From assembly GCA_035913415.1 (NCBI GenBank), contig JAMIIV010000207.1:23498-87497 (forward strand): 64,000 nt of DNA, given 5' to 3'. Both the position numbers and the translations under genes were made by a program. Positions 10,486 through 20,519 of the stretch are shown here, in pieces. Within the stretch, counting starts at the first letter, position 1. Every line of letters begins with the position of its first letter. The notes under the pieces were generated by a model, which had not been told where the DNA came from, searched no databases, and saw nothing but the letters and a program-made list of their open reading frames with translations. The stretch comes from Fibrobacteria bacterium (GTDB lineage: Bacteria; Fibrobacterota; Fibrobacteria; UBA5070).

Positions 10486-12177
10486 TCAATCGAGGGAGAC
10501 GCGTTCGAGCTCTTCCAACGTGGTGAGACCGCGCAGCACTTTCTTGAGGCCGTCCCAGCGCAGCGGTTTGTAACCCGTGCGCAAGGCGCACTCGGCGATT
10601 TCCACGGCCGTGGCCCGTTGCGAGATCTGCTGGCGCAGTTCGTCGGTGAACATGAGCGTCTCGTGGAGCGCGATACGGCCGTAGAACCCGGTGCCGCTGC
10701 AGGCGTTGCAACCGCGGCCGCGGTAGAACTTGACCTCGGTGGGCCCATCGCGTTCGAAGAGCTCCTCGATCAGATCTTCGGGGGTGTCGACAGGCTCGCG
10801 ACAGGCTTCGCAGATGCGACGCACCAGGCGCTGCCCCATGACCCCCACCAGGGCGGGCGCCACCAGGTAGGGCTCGATGCCGAAATCGATCAGGCGCGTC
10901 ACGGCGTGGATCGCGGAATTGGCATGCAGAGTGGTGAGCACGAAGTGGCCCGTGAGGGCCGCCTGCAGACCGATGCGCGCGGTTTCCTCGTCGCGGATCT
11001 CGCCCACCAGGATGATGTCGGGATCCTGGCGAAGGAAGCTTCGCAGCGCGTTGGCGAAGGTGAGGTCGACGGCGGGGTTGACCTGCACCTGGGTGATGCC
11101 GTCGAGACGGATTTCGACGGGATCCTCGATGGTCATGATGTTGACGCCCTCGCGATTGAGCTCGCGGAGCATGGCGTACAACGTGGTGGTCTTGCCCGAG
11201 CCCGTGGGGCCGGTCATGAGGAACACGCCATTGGGATGGCGGAGCGCCTTGTGCACGGCCTTGGAAGAGCCCACCGAGAGGGCGATGGCGTCCAACCCAG
11301 GGGTGGAGGCCTTCTTCATCTGGCTGAGCAGGCGCAACACCACCTTCTCGCCGTAGATGGTGGGAATGCACGAGAATCGGAAATCAAGGGAACGTCCCTC
11401 GAGGGGAAACTGGATGCGGCCGTCCTGCGGCTTGCGTTTTTCCACGATGTCGAGGTTGGCGATGACCTTCAGCCGCGACACCAGGGCCAGCATCACCCCG
11501 TGGGTGAGGGTGGTGCGTTCGTGCAACACGCCGTCGATGCGGAACCGCACGCGCACCTTGGTCTCACCTGGCTCGATGTGGATATCCGAGGCGCGATCCT
11601 TGGCCGCCCAGAGGAACAGGGCTTCGACGAACTCCACCACGCCCTGATCACCAGAGATCTGCTGTAGCATCTCGTGGGAGACGGGTTCCTCGTTGGAGAA
11701 GAAGTTCTTGGCCTGCAGGGCGCGGACCTTCTTCTCGACCTTGTCCTCCGACGAATAGTGCACCTCGATGGAGGAGGTGATGTCGTCGGGCCAAGCGAAC
11801 ACCGGGCTGACGGGCATGCGCAGCGCCGATGACAATTCCTGCAATCCCTGACGGTCGAGGGGGTCCTTGCAGGCCACGGTGACCGTGCCGCCCAGTTCGT
11901 AGAGCGGGATGGCCGAGACCTTCTCGGCCAAGGCCTTGGGAATGCGGCTCAGGAGGTCGGAGGCGAAGATGGTGGTGTCCAGATCGACCACGGCGACGGC
12001 GATGGAGTCGCCCCACACCCGGCAGAGGGGATTCTTGTCGTGGGGGCGCATGCGCACCAGGATCTGCAGCGCCCGGAACGGATCGCCTTCGGATTCGCGG
12101 AACACGCCTTCGAAGTCGGCTCGCTCCAGAAGCCGCGAAGCGATCAACCCCTTCCAGAAGTCAGGATTCGGGGTCAT
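10486..12177 (-). CDS. GspE/PilB-family type II secretion / type IV pilus assembly ATPase
   Basis: T2SSE_N-like N domain. Walker A GPTGSGKTTT, Asp box, Walker B DPDIILVGEIRD, His box TLHANSAIHAV, and the tetracysteine motif CEAC...CNAC are all present. Confidence 0.85.
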   Translation of the reverse strand: MTPNPDFWKGLIASRLLERADFEGVFRESEGDPFRALQILVRMRPHDKNPLCRVWGDSIAVAVVDLDTTIFASDLLSRIPKALAEKVSAIPLYELGGTVTVACKDPLDRQGLQELSSALRMPVSPVFAWPDDITSSIEVHYSSEDKVEKKVRALQAKNFFSNEEPVSHEMLQQISGDQGVVEFVEALFLWAAKDRASDIHIEPGETKVRVRFRIDGVLHERTTLTHGVMLALVSRLKVIANLDIVEKRKPQDGRIQFPLEGRSLDFRFSCIPTIYGEKVVLRLLSQMKKASTPGLDAIALSVGSSKAVHKALRHPNGVFLMTGPTGSGKTTTLYAMLRELNREGVNIMTIEDPVEIRLDGITQVQVNPAVDLTFANALRSFLRQDPDIILVGEIRDEETARIGLQAALTGHFVLTTLHANSAIHAVTRLIDFGIEPYLVAPALVGVMGQRLVRRICEACREPVDTPEDLIEELFERDGPTEVKFYRGRGCNACSGTGFYGRIALHETLMFTDELRQQISQRATAVEIAECALRTGYKPLRWDGLKKVLRGLTTLEELERVSLD

Positions 12178-12349
12178 GGCCGCCTCCCTTGGGCTTCTTG
12201 CGGCGCGACTTCATCAATTCGTTGATCTCCTCCTGGGAAACCCGCAGCGACTTGGCCGGGGCATCCATCATCTCGTCCTGCGCGATCTCCTCGAGCAGTT
12301 CGGAAAGCCGGAACCGCGGCTTCATTCCTGGACCTCGCCCTCGGTCCAT
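12161..12349 (-). CDS. Small charged hypothetical protein (about 54 to 62 aa)
   Basis: Short ORF overlapping both the RR stop and the PilB-like start, predicted helical and K/E-rich. It may be spurious. Confidence 0.25.
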   Translation of the reverse strand: MDRGRGPGMKPRFRLSELLEEIAQDEMMDAPAKSLRVSQEEINELMKSRRKKPKGGGHDPES

Positions 12350-12819
12350 TCCCTCCAGGTCTTGAGCACTTGGTGGCTGATTTCCTGGACGGGAGTGTCC
12401 TTGCGCAGGTAGTTGGCCGCTCCGATGTCGAAGCAGTTCTCGACCGTCATGCGGTCGGTGACCGAGGTGAGCATGATGACGGCGATTTCCGGACAGATCT
12501 CCAGGATGGCCGGCAGCGCTTCTTCCCCCGACATCTGGGGCATGTTGATGTCCAGCAGGATCACATCGGGCCGGTGTTCACGGACCGCCTCGATGGCTTC
12601 CTTGCCGTTTTTCGCTTCGGCGGCGATCTCGAACCCGGCCCGCGCCAACACGGCCTTCATGAGCATGCGGATGTGGGGCTCGTCGTCGGCCACCACCACC
12701 TTGGGCAGGAGCTGCTGGTCGGGGGGCTCCGGGGGGGCGACTGGTGCTGGCGTGGAGGGCGTCGGGGAGGCAACGGGCACCTGCACCTCCGCCGCCTTTT
12801 TGTCTCTTCCCCAGTTCAT
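12322..12819 (-). CDS. Response regulator, CheY-like receiver domain only
   Basis: Receiver motifs: VVVADDEPHIRMLMK, phospho-acceptor region ILLDINMP, and a conserved K in IMLTS...K. It has a P/A-rich N-terminal extension. ATGA overlap with the upstream kinase stop. Confidence 0.8.
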   Translation of the reverse strand: MNWGRDKKAAEVQVPVASPTPSTPAPVAPPEPPDQQLLPKVVVADDEPHIRMLMKAVLARAGFEIAAEAKNGKEAIEAVREHRPDVILLDINMPQMSGEEALPAILEICPEIAVIMLTSVTDRMTVENCFDIGAANYLRKDTPVQEISHQVLKTWREWTEGEVQE

Positions 12820-14021
12820 GCGTCACCCGCCTTCTTGCGCGGCTCAAGCGAACCTGCCAATGGGTAGACGGCGACGAACTCGGTGCCGCCCTCTTCGGTG
12901 GAGACGAACGAGATGTTTCCCCCGAGGTACTTCTCGGTGAGGTACTTCATGCTGTAGGTGCCCAATCCACGGCCATTGCCCTTGGTGGAAAAGGACCGAT
13001 TGAAGATCTGCAGCCGGATCTTCTCCGGCATGTACGCCGGGTTGCGCACCGCGAAGGCAACCTGGCCGTCCCGATCTTGGCAATCGATCACGACGGTCTC
13101 TCCCGGCAACGAGGCTTCCAAGGCGTTCTTCGTCATGTTCGACAACACGCGCAGCAACAACGTGGGATCGGAGGAAAACGAGATGTCGGCTGCATCGGGC
13201 GACACCACCAGGTGGCGCCCTTCGAGATAGTCGGGGCGATCGAAACTGTTCCGCACGGTCTCGATCGCCTCGGAAGAGCGTACGGAACGCACCTGGACCA
13301 GCAGTTCGTTGGCCTCGGCGGCCAGCAGGATGCGATGGGCGTTGATCTCGTCGACGATGCGTTCGGAGAGCACCCCCACTCGCTGGACGAGCTCGGATCG
13401 ATCGAGGATGCTGTCGCCTTCCATCCCCAGCAATGTCGAGAACCCCCGCAACGCGGAGGCGGTATTCATGATGTCGTGGAGGAAGATCTTCTCGAGGAAG
13501 TTCTTGCGTTTTTCCTCGGCGATGTCGACGGCTGTGAAGAGCGTGAAGGTCTCACCACCCATCTCGACCGGAGACGCCCAGATCCGCAGATCCATCGCTT
13601 CTTCCTGACCCTCGCGGCGGACCTTCAAGCGGCATTCTTCGGTGGCGGCACTGCCGGCCTGGCTTTGTTTGATGGCGTTGGCCGCACCGCAGTAACGACA
13701 CGACGCCGTGGTCCCGCACCCACCTGCACTTTCGTCGTGGTGCACACACCCCATGGCCTCTCCGGTCCGCATACCCACCAGGCATTCGAGATCTTCGGCC
13801 CCCAAAACCTTCAGCGCGGCCTGGTTGGCAAAGACGATCTGCCGGTGGGAATCCAGGACCACCACCAGGTTGGGCACCAGCTGGAGCGCCTCACGAAAAC
13901 TCTTTTCGGCGCGCACGATCCCGGCACCCCGCTGGAGATCTGCGGAGGTACTGCGTTCGGCAGGCAGAAATTCGGTCGGCTGCGGCGTGTTCACCAAGGA
14001 GCTCCCTCGGGTTCGAATCAT
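12816..14021 (-). CDS. Sensor histidine kinase (PAS sensor, HisKA and HATPase_c)
   Basis: H-box FLHDIMNTASAL, N-box SNMTKNALEA, G-boxes NRSFSTKGNGRGLG and GTEFV. A Cys-rich PAS-like N-terminal domain is present. Start chosen at MIRTRGS; the ORF could begin at 14069. Confidence 0.75.
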   Translation of the reverse strand: MIRTRGSSLVNTPQPTEFLPAERSTSADLQRGAGIVRAEKSFREALQLVPNLVVVLDSHRQIVFANQAALKVLGAEDLECLVGMRTGEAMGCVHHDESAGGCGTTASCRYCGAANAIKQSQAGSAATEECRLKVRREGQEEAMDLRIWASPVEMGGETFTLFTAVDIAEEKRKNFLEKIFLHDIMNTASALRGFSTLLGMEGDSILDRSELVQRVGVLSERIVDEINAHRILLAAEANELLVQVRSVRSSEAIETVRNSFDRPDYLEGRHLVVSPDAADISFSSDPTLLLRVLSNMTKNALEASLPGETVVIDCQDRDGQVAFAVRNPAYMPEKIRLQIFNRSFSTKGNGRGLGTYSMKYLTEKYLGGNISFVSTEEGGTEFVAVYPLAGSLEPRKKAGDA

Positions 14022-14120
14022 GACTCCCCACAGGAAACCATCCGGGAGTCCGAAAGTCAATGCTCGCAACGGGATAGCAGGTTTCCATCCACCCCCCGTG
14101 GCAGGCTATCTTGACCGGTC

Positions 14121-14993
14121 ATGGAGGAGTACATGGACATCGCTTTTCTGGGTCTGGGAATCATGGGATCCCGCATGGCCACCAACCTTTCCGCCGCGGG
14201 TCACACCGTACGGGTCTGGAACCGCTCATCCGACAAAGCCCAGGCCCTGGCCAGCGCCGGATGCATTCCTTGCCTCACTCCCGCGGAGGCTGTCCAAGGG
14301 GTACAGCTGGTCATCACCATGCTTGCCGATCCTCCCGCTTTGGAGTCGGTCGCCCACCAAGGCGGGCTCCTGGCCGCGATGCCCCAAAACTGCCTGTGGC
14401 TCGATTGCAGCACCGTCGACCCCGAGACCTCGCGGCGCCTGGGCGCCGAGGCCGCTTCGCGAGGCCTGCGCTTCCTGGACGCTCCCGTGTCGGGATCTCT
14501 GGGCGCCGCCGCCGCAGGCAAGCTGATCTTCCTGGTGGGAGGCGATGCCCAAGACCTGGACCAAGCACGTCCAGCCCTCGAGGCGATGGGCGTGCGCATC
14601 GTGCATGCCGGACCTGTCGGCGCCGGATCCGCCTTGAAGCTGATCAACAATCTGTTTCTCGCCCAAACCCAGGCGGCCTGGTCGGAATCGCTGGGACTGG
14701 CCACCAAGTTGGGACTGTCCATCGAGATGGTCCACGACGCCATCCTGCCGTCCCACGTCGCCCCGGGGTTCCTGACGTTCAAACGACCGAAGCTCGAGGC
14801 GAAGGAATGGAGCCCCGAATTCCCGCTGCGGCTGGCCTTGAAGGACGTCCGGCTGGCCCTGGCTTGCGCCCGGGAAGCCGGGCTGGAACTGGAGCAGGCC
14901 AACGCCTGTGAACACCTCTACACCAAAGCCTTCGAGCGATCCTTGGGCGACCTGGACATCAGCGCCATCCACGAGGTGGCATCGGGCCTCTGA
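14121..14993 (+). CDS. NAD(P)-dependent oxidoreductase, 3-hydroxyisobutyrate dehydrogenase (MmsB/GarR) family
   Basis: Rossmann motif IAFLGLGIMGSRMATNL. The family-typical catalytic region GAGSALKLINN is present. Confidence 0.8.
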   Translation: MEEYMDIAFLGLGIMGSRMATNLSAAGHTVRVWNRSSDKAQALASAGCIPCLTPAEAVQGVQLVITMLADPPALESVAHQGGLLAAMPQNCLWLDCSTVDPETSRRLGAEAASRGLRFLDAPVSGSLGAAAAGKLIFLVGGDAQDLDQARPALEAMGVRIVHAGPVGAGSALKLINNLFLAQTQAAWSESLGLATKLGLSIEMVHDAILPSHVAPGFLTFKRPKLEAKEWSPEFPLRLALKDVRLALACAREAGLELEQANACEHLYTKAFERSLGDLDISAIHEVASGL

Positions 14994-15507
14994 TTCGCCT
15001 ACGGCATCAGCAGCCGGCAGTCGACCCAACCCTCCATCGTACGGACCTGAACCCGCAGGTGGACTCCCATCCCCGTGGGCAAAAGCACCCCGTCCGTGCG
15101 ACGCCCCGACGAAAAGGATGCCCAGAGCAACTGCCCCAAAGAGTCCAGGACTCGCACAGGCGCCCCGATCAAATCGGGAGGAAGAACCAAGTGGCCGCTG
15201 GGCTCAACTCGCCCCTCAACCACATCCGAGCGAGTCCGGTTGTCGGGATGGGCAGGGGAATCGCCCTCCACTGAGGCGGACGCGGACGGTGCGGGTGGGA
15301 ACATTCCGGACATGGAGACCTCGCCGCCCGGTGCGCTGAAAGGGAATGACCGGGGCTTTGGAATATCACTTCCGCGCAGGGCGAAAGCAAAGCGAAAGTC
15401 CGCGGAAGTGTTGTCAGGCCGTCTCCACCCCTACCGCCGGAACGCCGTGTCTACCTTGGGTACTCCCCTGTTCCCGACCTCTCTTTCGCCAAGGAACCAA
15501 GACCCCC

Positions 15508-16980
15508 ATGCGCGACAACCCCACGAACGTGGCCATCTACTGGGATTTCGAAAACCTCCAGGCGAGCCTCGTCGAGAAGAAGGGCGGATCCGGCGCCTAC
15601 GGCCGCACGAAGTACCAGGCCCAGGAAGCGTTGATCGACATCGAATCCATCATGGACTACGCCGCCACCTTCGGTGTGGTGTCCATCAATCGCGCGTACT
15701 GCAACTGGCAGTGGTACGGCAAGTACCGCGAACAGCTTCTCCACAACGGTCTGGAGCTCATCCAGTTGTTCCATCCCGGTGCCTCGGGCAAAAACGGCGG
15801 CGACATCAAGCTGTGTCTGGACTGCACCGAAGACCTCATGCGTTTCCCGCACATCGACGTGGTGGTCGTCGTGGGTGGCGACAGCGATTTCCTGCCCGTG
15901 GCCCAGAAGATCAAGGCCCAGGGCAAGATGCTCGTGGGCATCGGCGCGGCGGCCAACACCAACCGCCACTGGGCCCACAGTTGCCACGAGTTCAAGTTCT
16001 ACGAAGCTCTCATCCTCGACGACGACTCCGCTCCCACCTCGGCGCCGGTGTTACCCGCCTCCGCGGTGCCCCAGCCACAGACCACCTCCCCGGTGGCGGC
16101 ACCCACCGACCCCGACAACTTCGTGATGTCGCGTCCGGAAGACCTGCTGCGCCGCGCGATCTTGCGCCTGTCGGGCAAGGGCGGTGATTCGTGGGTCCTG
16201 AAGGGATCCATCCGTCCGATGATGAAGCGTATGGACCCGACGTTCGAAGAGGAGCAGCACGGTTGTCGCAGTTTCTCGGCCTTCATGCGCAAGTTCGAGC
16301 ACCTGCTCGAAGTGCGCGCCGGGCGCAACGACCAGGAAGTCCGCATCCGCGGCAAAGGCGAGCGGCAGTCGGAACGCCCGATGGAGAACAACTCCGAGCG
16401 CGGGACGGAAACACGACCCGAGCGCAATGAACGCGGAGACCGTGGGGACAGGGGCGACCGCGGAGACCGTGGCGACCGGAACGATCGTCCCGAGCGCGGC
16501 GAACGTGGAGGACGTGACGAACGTCGCCGCGATCGCGATGGGCGACGGCAGGAGGCGCCGCAGGACCGCTCGCCGGGGCGAGTGGCCGAACGGATCGCCC
16601 AGGCTTTGGAGAAAGTCCCCGACCCGTTGGTCGATGGAGCCATCGCCGTCGAGGACGTTGCCGCCATCGAAGCCGCGTCCTTCACAACGGAGCCGCCCCC
16701 GTTCCTGGACGTGGCGCAGAACACTCCTGGAGACTCACGGGAACTGCCTCCCGCCAGCCTTGAAGCGGCACCGGACATCCCCGACTCGGCCCAGGAGACT
16801 GCGGACGAAGGCGACGTGAACGAAGGTGCACGCCCGTCGGGAACACCGGGTCGGCCCCGTGGCCCCAGGCGCCCGGCGGGCCGCAAACCAGCCACGGCCA
16901 CGGAGAAACCCGCTCCGCTCAAGGCCGCCCCCAAAGCGGCCGCGAAGCCTCGTCCTCGGGGAAAATCCAGCAAGGGATGA
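15508..16980 (+). CDS. NYN (LabA-like) nuclease-domain protein fused to an OST-HTH/LOTUS domain, with an Arg/Asp-rich low-complexity tail
   Basis: Start at MRDNPTNVAIYWDFEN. NYN features: VVVVVGGDSDFLPV. An OST-HTH-like segment LRRAILRLSGKGGDSWVLKGSIRPMMKRM follows, and then (RGD/RGE)n repeats. Confidence 0.7.
   Translation: MRDNPTNVAIYWDFENLQASLVEKKGGSGAYGRTKYQAQEALIDIESIMDYAATFGVVSINRAYCNWQWYGKYREQLLHNGLELIQLFHPGASGKNGGDIKLCLDCTEDLMRFPHIDVVVVVGGDSDFLPVAQKIKAQGKMLVGIGAAANTNRHWAHSCHEFKFYEALILDDDSAPTSAPVLPASAVPQPQTTSPVAAPTDPDNFVMSRPEDLLRRAILRLSGKGGDSWVLKGSIRPMMKRMDPTFEEEQHGCRSFSAFMRKFEHLLEVRAGRNDQEVRIRGKGERQSERPMENNSERGTETRPERNERGDRGDRGDRGDRGDRNDRPERGERGGRDERRRDRDGRRQEAPQDRSPGRVAERIAQALEKVPDPLVDGAIAVEDVAAIEAASFTTEPPPFLDVAQNTPGDSRELPPASLEAAPDIPDSAQETADEGDVNEGARPSGTPGRPRGPRRPAGRKPATATEKPAPLKAAPKAAAKPRPRGKSSKG
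16420..16530 (+). repeat. Codon-level tandem repeat (GAC-CGT-GGN) encoding DRGDRGDRGDRGDRNDR within the NYN/OST-HTH gene
   Basis: Directly visible as cgcggagaccgtggggacaggggcgaccgcggagaccgtggcgaccgg. Confidence 0.5.
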
Positions 16981-17025
16981 GACGATCCCTGCGGTACGAT
17001 CCTTTCGCGCCGCAGGGAGACCCGA

Positions 17026-17958
17026 CTACTCCGACGTACGTGGACGAGCGCGCCGCAGGCGCACGATCCCGTAGACCATGCCACCCAGCACCAGCAACAC
17101 CGTCCAGTGCGACACGAACCACAAGACGAACCCGACGAAGCCGTCCCATCCCTCCCGGGCGGCGGCACCGAAGCGGCTCCCGAGCGATTCGCGCCAGATC
17201 TGGTACAGAGGCTGCGCCAAGGTGTCCATGCGCGTTTCGGGATGCTGGTAGATCGAAACCGCCACGGCACTGAGTGCCACCTGGCCGAGCAGATCCTCTT
17301 CGCGGGACAGGGCCGCGTCGGCGCGATCCGCCCGGTCGTTGGCGTTGTCCAGAACGGAGGACAGGTCGCGGATCTTGCCGGTCCGCTCGTCGACCAAATT
17401 CTCCATCCGTTGGCTGGCTCGCTCCTGCCGCCGACGCTCGCGGTCGGCGCGTCGCAATTCCTGCCCCACGTCCTGGGCCGTCACCACCCGGCGATCGAGA
17501 GCCGCCACCAGCGGTGCCAGATGCGCCAGCACCGTATCCAGACGGTCGTTGGGCACCTGCAACTGCAGGTCGTTGACGATGTCGACGCGTTCGATGCGGA
17601 TGAGGGAATCGTCGCCGTGGGATTCTTCGTGGGCCTCCGCCATCCGGACCTGGAGATCGTTGCGCGCCACGTATCCACCCGCGTCGGCCACGATGCGCTC
17701 GATGGCCGTGGTGGTCTGCACCACCGATCGGCATCGGAAGCGCATCTCGGCGCTGCGCACGAACTTGCGATCGGCCACCACCGGGCTCGGGGCGGCGCTC
17801 ATTCCGACGGGAGGCGCCGGTGGCGCGGCTTCCTGCGGAGCGGACGAGACAGCATCGGCGTATCCCGACTCGACCATCGGGGCGGCTTCCTCCTTCTTCT
17901 GACAACCAAGCACCGCAAAACTGACCAGGCACAGGGGCAGGATCCAGCGACGACTCAT
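17026..17958 (-). CDS. DUF4349-like lipoprotein with C-terminal transmembrane anchor
   Basis: Start at MSRRWILPLCLVSFAVLGC (lipobox LGC). The central region is coiled-coil-rich. A C-terminal hydrophobic segment FVLWFVSHWTVLLVLGGMVYGIV is present. The architecture matches my recollection of DUF4349. Confidence 0.55.
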   Translation of the reverse strand: MSRRWILPLCLVSFAVLGCQKKEEAAPMVESGYADAVSSAPQEAAPPAPPVGMSAAPSPVVADRKFVRSAEMRFRCRSVVQTTTAIERIVADAGGYVARNDLQVRMAEAHEESHGDDSLIRIERVDIVNDLQLQVPNDRLDTVLAHLAPLVAALDRRVVTAQDVGQELRRADRERRRQERASQRMENLVDERTGKIRDLSSVLDNANDRADRADAALSREEDLLGQVALSAVAVSIYQHPETRMDTLAQPLYQIWRESLGSRFGAAAREGWDGFVGFVLWFVSHWTVLLVLGGMVYGIVRLRRARPRTSE

Positions 17959-18017
17959 GGTGCACTCCAGGGATACAGGGGAATGGGGGTTACGTGTTCC
18001 AACCAGGGATCGCGAGC

Positions 18018-19565
18018 TCACTCGCCTTCGCTTTCGCCGGACGCGGGTCGTCGGTTGATTTCGTCCAGAAGATGTTCGACCCGGCATCCCTGCGGGACGA
18101 AAAGAGCGATCAGAACGTCTTGTTCGAAGACGGCCACGAGCTGGATGCGATCGTCCTCGGCCCACACCAGATGGTTCGGTGCAGAGAGGAGCGCGCCCGG
18201 GATCGCTTCCTCGACGTCCATCCGGTTGTTGCCCGACGCGAGCCGCCCCAAGGCGCGGGATCCGAAGTCGCCGACGAGCACCAATCCCTCTTGCTCCGTC
18301 CAAGTCGCGAAGGGGCCTACCTCGTAGGCATCACCCTTGTAGTAGTCGCTGCGCATGCACGAAGACGTGCCAGGCACAACTCCACGCGCAACCAACCCCC
18401 GGATTTTGGAACGCTCCGGGAGCTGCTCTTCGGGGAACGGGGTCGATTTGTAGGCGAGCATGTCAGGGGTCCATTCCGACGAGGCCTCGAAGAAGAGGTC
18501 CACGACCCGGCGCGAGGCGGCCACAACCTCGGTCTCCTCGACGGTGAATCCCGGACCATCGAAGGAATCGACGGTCGCCGCGATCAGATCGATCTGACGG
18601 GGATCGACGATGGGAACATCGCGCAACACGACCCAATCCGGAGTGATCTTCTGGTCTTCGGCGCAATCCTCACCGCCCTCGAGGCAACGCGCGGGCAGAT
18701 CCAGCCAGGAGACGTTCCCGCCTAGAATTTCCAAACTGTCCACGTTCGGCATCGAGCGAAGATTCAACCGGGGCGCGAACACCTTGCGCAATACCAACGT
18801 TTGTACCGGCAACCACTGCAGCCGGTGTTGGCTCCTGGACCACGATCCGCCGTCCTGCTCCGTTGCGAGTCTGCACCCCCGCAGTTCCAGCCTGCGCAAC
18901 GAACGGAACATCGCCAGTCGGCCCACATTGATCTCTTCGGTACCGGAGCACGCCAGGACCAGCCCTTGGATGGGGCCTTTCCCGCCCGCCCGCAGCACCT
19001 GCTTGGCGACCACCTTGCCCGACTCGGCGGCCATCCACTGGCGCAGGCGCGCCGCTTCGGCCTCTCCCCCGCAGGTTTGACGGCTGCGCCATCCCGGCGC
19101 GGCGCGATCCAGCCACGGCCGGACACCCTCGGGGAGGTCGCCGCAGAGACTCGCACCGTCGATGCGGATGGAGTCGGGGAATGTGCGGCCCACCTGGAAG
19201 ACGCGGTCTTCTTCGGGCAGGGTCCAGAGGGGGAGGTTCGAGACGTCGACCACCCAACTCGAGCCGGAACGATGGATCACGTTGGAATCGACCAGATCGA
19301 GACCGTTGCGGGACTCCACTTCGTAGACCCACCACCGCAGCGATTCCTCGACCCCTTCCAAGGCTCCCGTCGCCGGAGGGAGAGTGGCAACGGAATCTGT
19401 CGCAACGGGCGCGGCGGCAGCGGGCGGCGCCTTGCGACATCCCGCGACCATCATCAGCAGGATCAGCGCCGCCGCGGAAGCCACACTGCCCGAGGACTGC
19501 AGGCCAACCGAAGGAGTCCATCGGAGGGCTGTGAACTTGACGCCTTCGGAACTGCGGTGGCTCAT
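18018..19565 (-). CDS. Hypothetical lipoprotein
   Basis: Start chosen at MSHRSSEG, which has an ATGA overlap with the rhodanese stop. A signal peptide with lipobox (LILLMMVAGC) follows. Confidence 0.5.
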   Translation of the reverse strand: MSHRSSEGVKFTALRWTPSVGLQSSGSVASAAALILLMMVAGCRKAPPAAAAPVATDSVATLPPATGALEGVEESLRWWVYEVESRNGLDLVDSNVIHRSGSSWVVDVSNLPLWTLPEEDRVFQVGRTFPDSIRIDGASLCGDLPEGVRPWLDRAAPGWRSRQTCGGEAEAARLRQWMAAESGKVVAKQVLRAGGKGPIQGLVLACSGTEEINVGRLAMFRSLRRLELRGCRLATEQDGGSWSRSQHRLQWLPVQTLVLRKVFAPRLNLRSMPNVDSLEILGGNVSWLDLPARCLEGGEDCAEDQKITPDWVVLRDVPIVDPRQIDLIAATVDSFDGPGFTVEETEVVAASRRVVDLFFEASSEWTPDMLAYKSTPFPEEQLPERSKIRGLVARGVVPGTSSCMRSDYYKGDAYEVGPFATWTEQEGLVLVGDFGSRALGRLASGNNRMDVEEAIPGALLSAPNHLVWAEDDRIQLVAVFEQDVLIALFVPQGCRVEHLLDEINRRPASGESEGE

Positions 19566-20407
19566 CGTTCGACGGGCCGACGCGGATCCACGCACCATTC
19601 ACTCCAGGAGCCGGGGTAGAGGGCGGCGCCGGAAAGACCCGCGACCTCCAGGGCCAGCAGGTTGTGGCAGGCCGTGACACCCGATCCGCACTGCATGACG
19701 GCTTCGGCGACGGAGCGACCTTCCAGGACACGTTCGAATTCCGCGCGCAGCGTCTCGGGGGTTTTGAAACGCTCGCCGTCGACGAGATTCTCGCGGAAGA
19801 AACGGTTGCACGCGCCGGGGATGTGGCCCCCCACGGGATCGAGGGATTCGCCTTCGCCCCGGAACCGCTCGGGCGAACGCGCATCGACCACCAGCAACGA
19901 CCGTCCACCCAGGCTGGCCAGAATCTGTTCGGCCGAGACCGTGGGCATCAAGGATTCCTTGGCGACCAGATCGCCGCGCCCACGAGGTGCGGGCACATCT
20001 TCCTCAAGGGCTCCACCGACGTCCCTCCAGGCGGCCACCCCACCGTCGAGCACGGCCACGGCCTCGTGGCCCAGCCAACGCAAAAGCCACCACAAGCGCG
20101 CCGCGAACATGCTGCCGGCGTCGTCGTAGACCACCACCTGCGAACAGGCCTTCACCCCTAGCCCCGCGAGGATCCCCGCCAGGACGCGTTTGTCGGGCAA
20201 GGGATGGCGCCCGTTGTGCCCCGTGCGCGCACCCGACAGCGCCTCGTCCAGCGGCAGGAACAAGGCACCGGGGATATGTCCCGCTCGCCAGGCGGCGATG
20301 CCGGCTCGGGGCAGCAGGAGATCGTGGCGGACATCGAAGACGATCCAATCGGGATCGTGCAGATGGGCCCGCAGGGTGGCAGCGTCGAGGAGGGTGTTGT
20401 GGGGCAT
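19562..20407 (-). CDS. sseA: Tandem-rhodanese sulfurtransferase (thiosulfate/3-mercaptopyruvate sulfurtransferase, SseA-like)
   Basis: Start at MPHNTLLD. Two rhodanese domains are present, and the catalytic Cys sits in CGSGVTACH. The start is frame-consistent. Confidence 0.8.
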   Translation of the reverse strand: MPHNTLLDAATLRAHLHDPDWIVFDVRHDLLLPRAGIAAWRAGHIPGALFLPLDEALSGARTGHNGRHPLPDKRVLAGILAGLGVKACSQVVVYDDAGSMFAARLWWLLRWLGHEAVAVLDGGVAAWRDVGGALEEDVPAPRGRGDLVAKESLMPTVSAEQILASLGGRSLLVVDARSPERFRGEGESLDPVGGHIPGACNRFFRENLVDGERFKTPETLRAEFERVLEGRSVAEAVMQCGSGVTACHNLLALEVAGLSGAALYPGSWSEWCVDPRRPVER

Positions 20408-20519
20408 CGGGATAGAAGGTACCTCCTGGGTGCCTGCCCGCAAACACGTTCCAGCAAAGGTCCAATGCCCCCCGCAAGCGGTCGCCTCGCGGGAATGGGT
20501 CCCAGGTTCCGCTCCGCTC

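Noticed and set aside
14999-15313. 104-aa minus-strand ORF in the 500-bp gap before the NYN gene
   Set aside because: No signal, motif or coupling evidence. Composition is borderline. Left uncalled.
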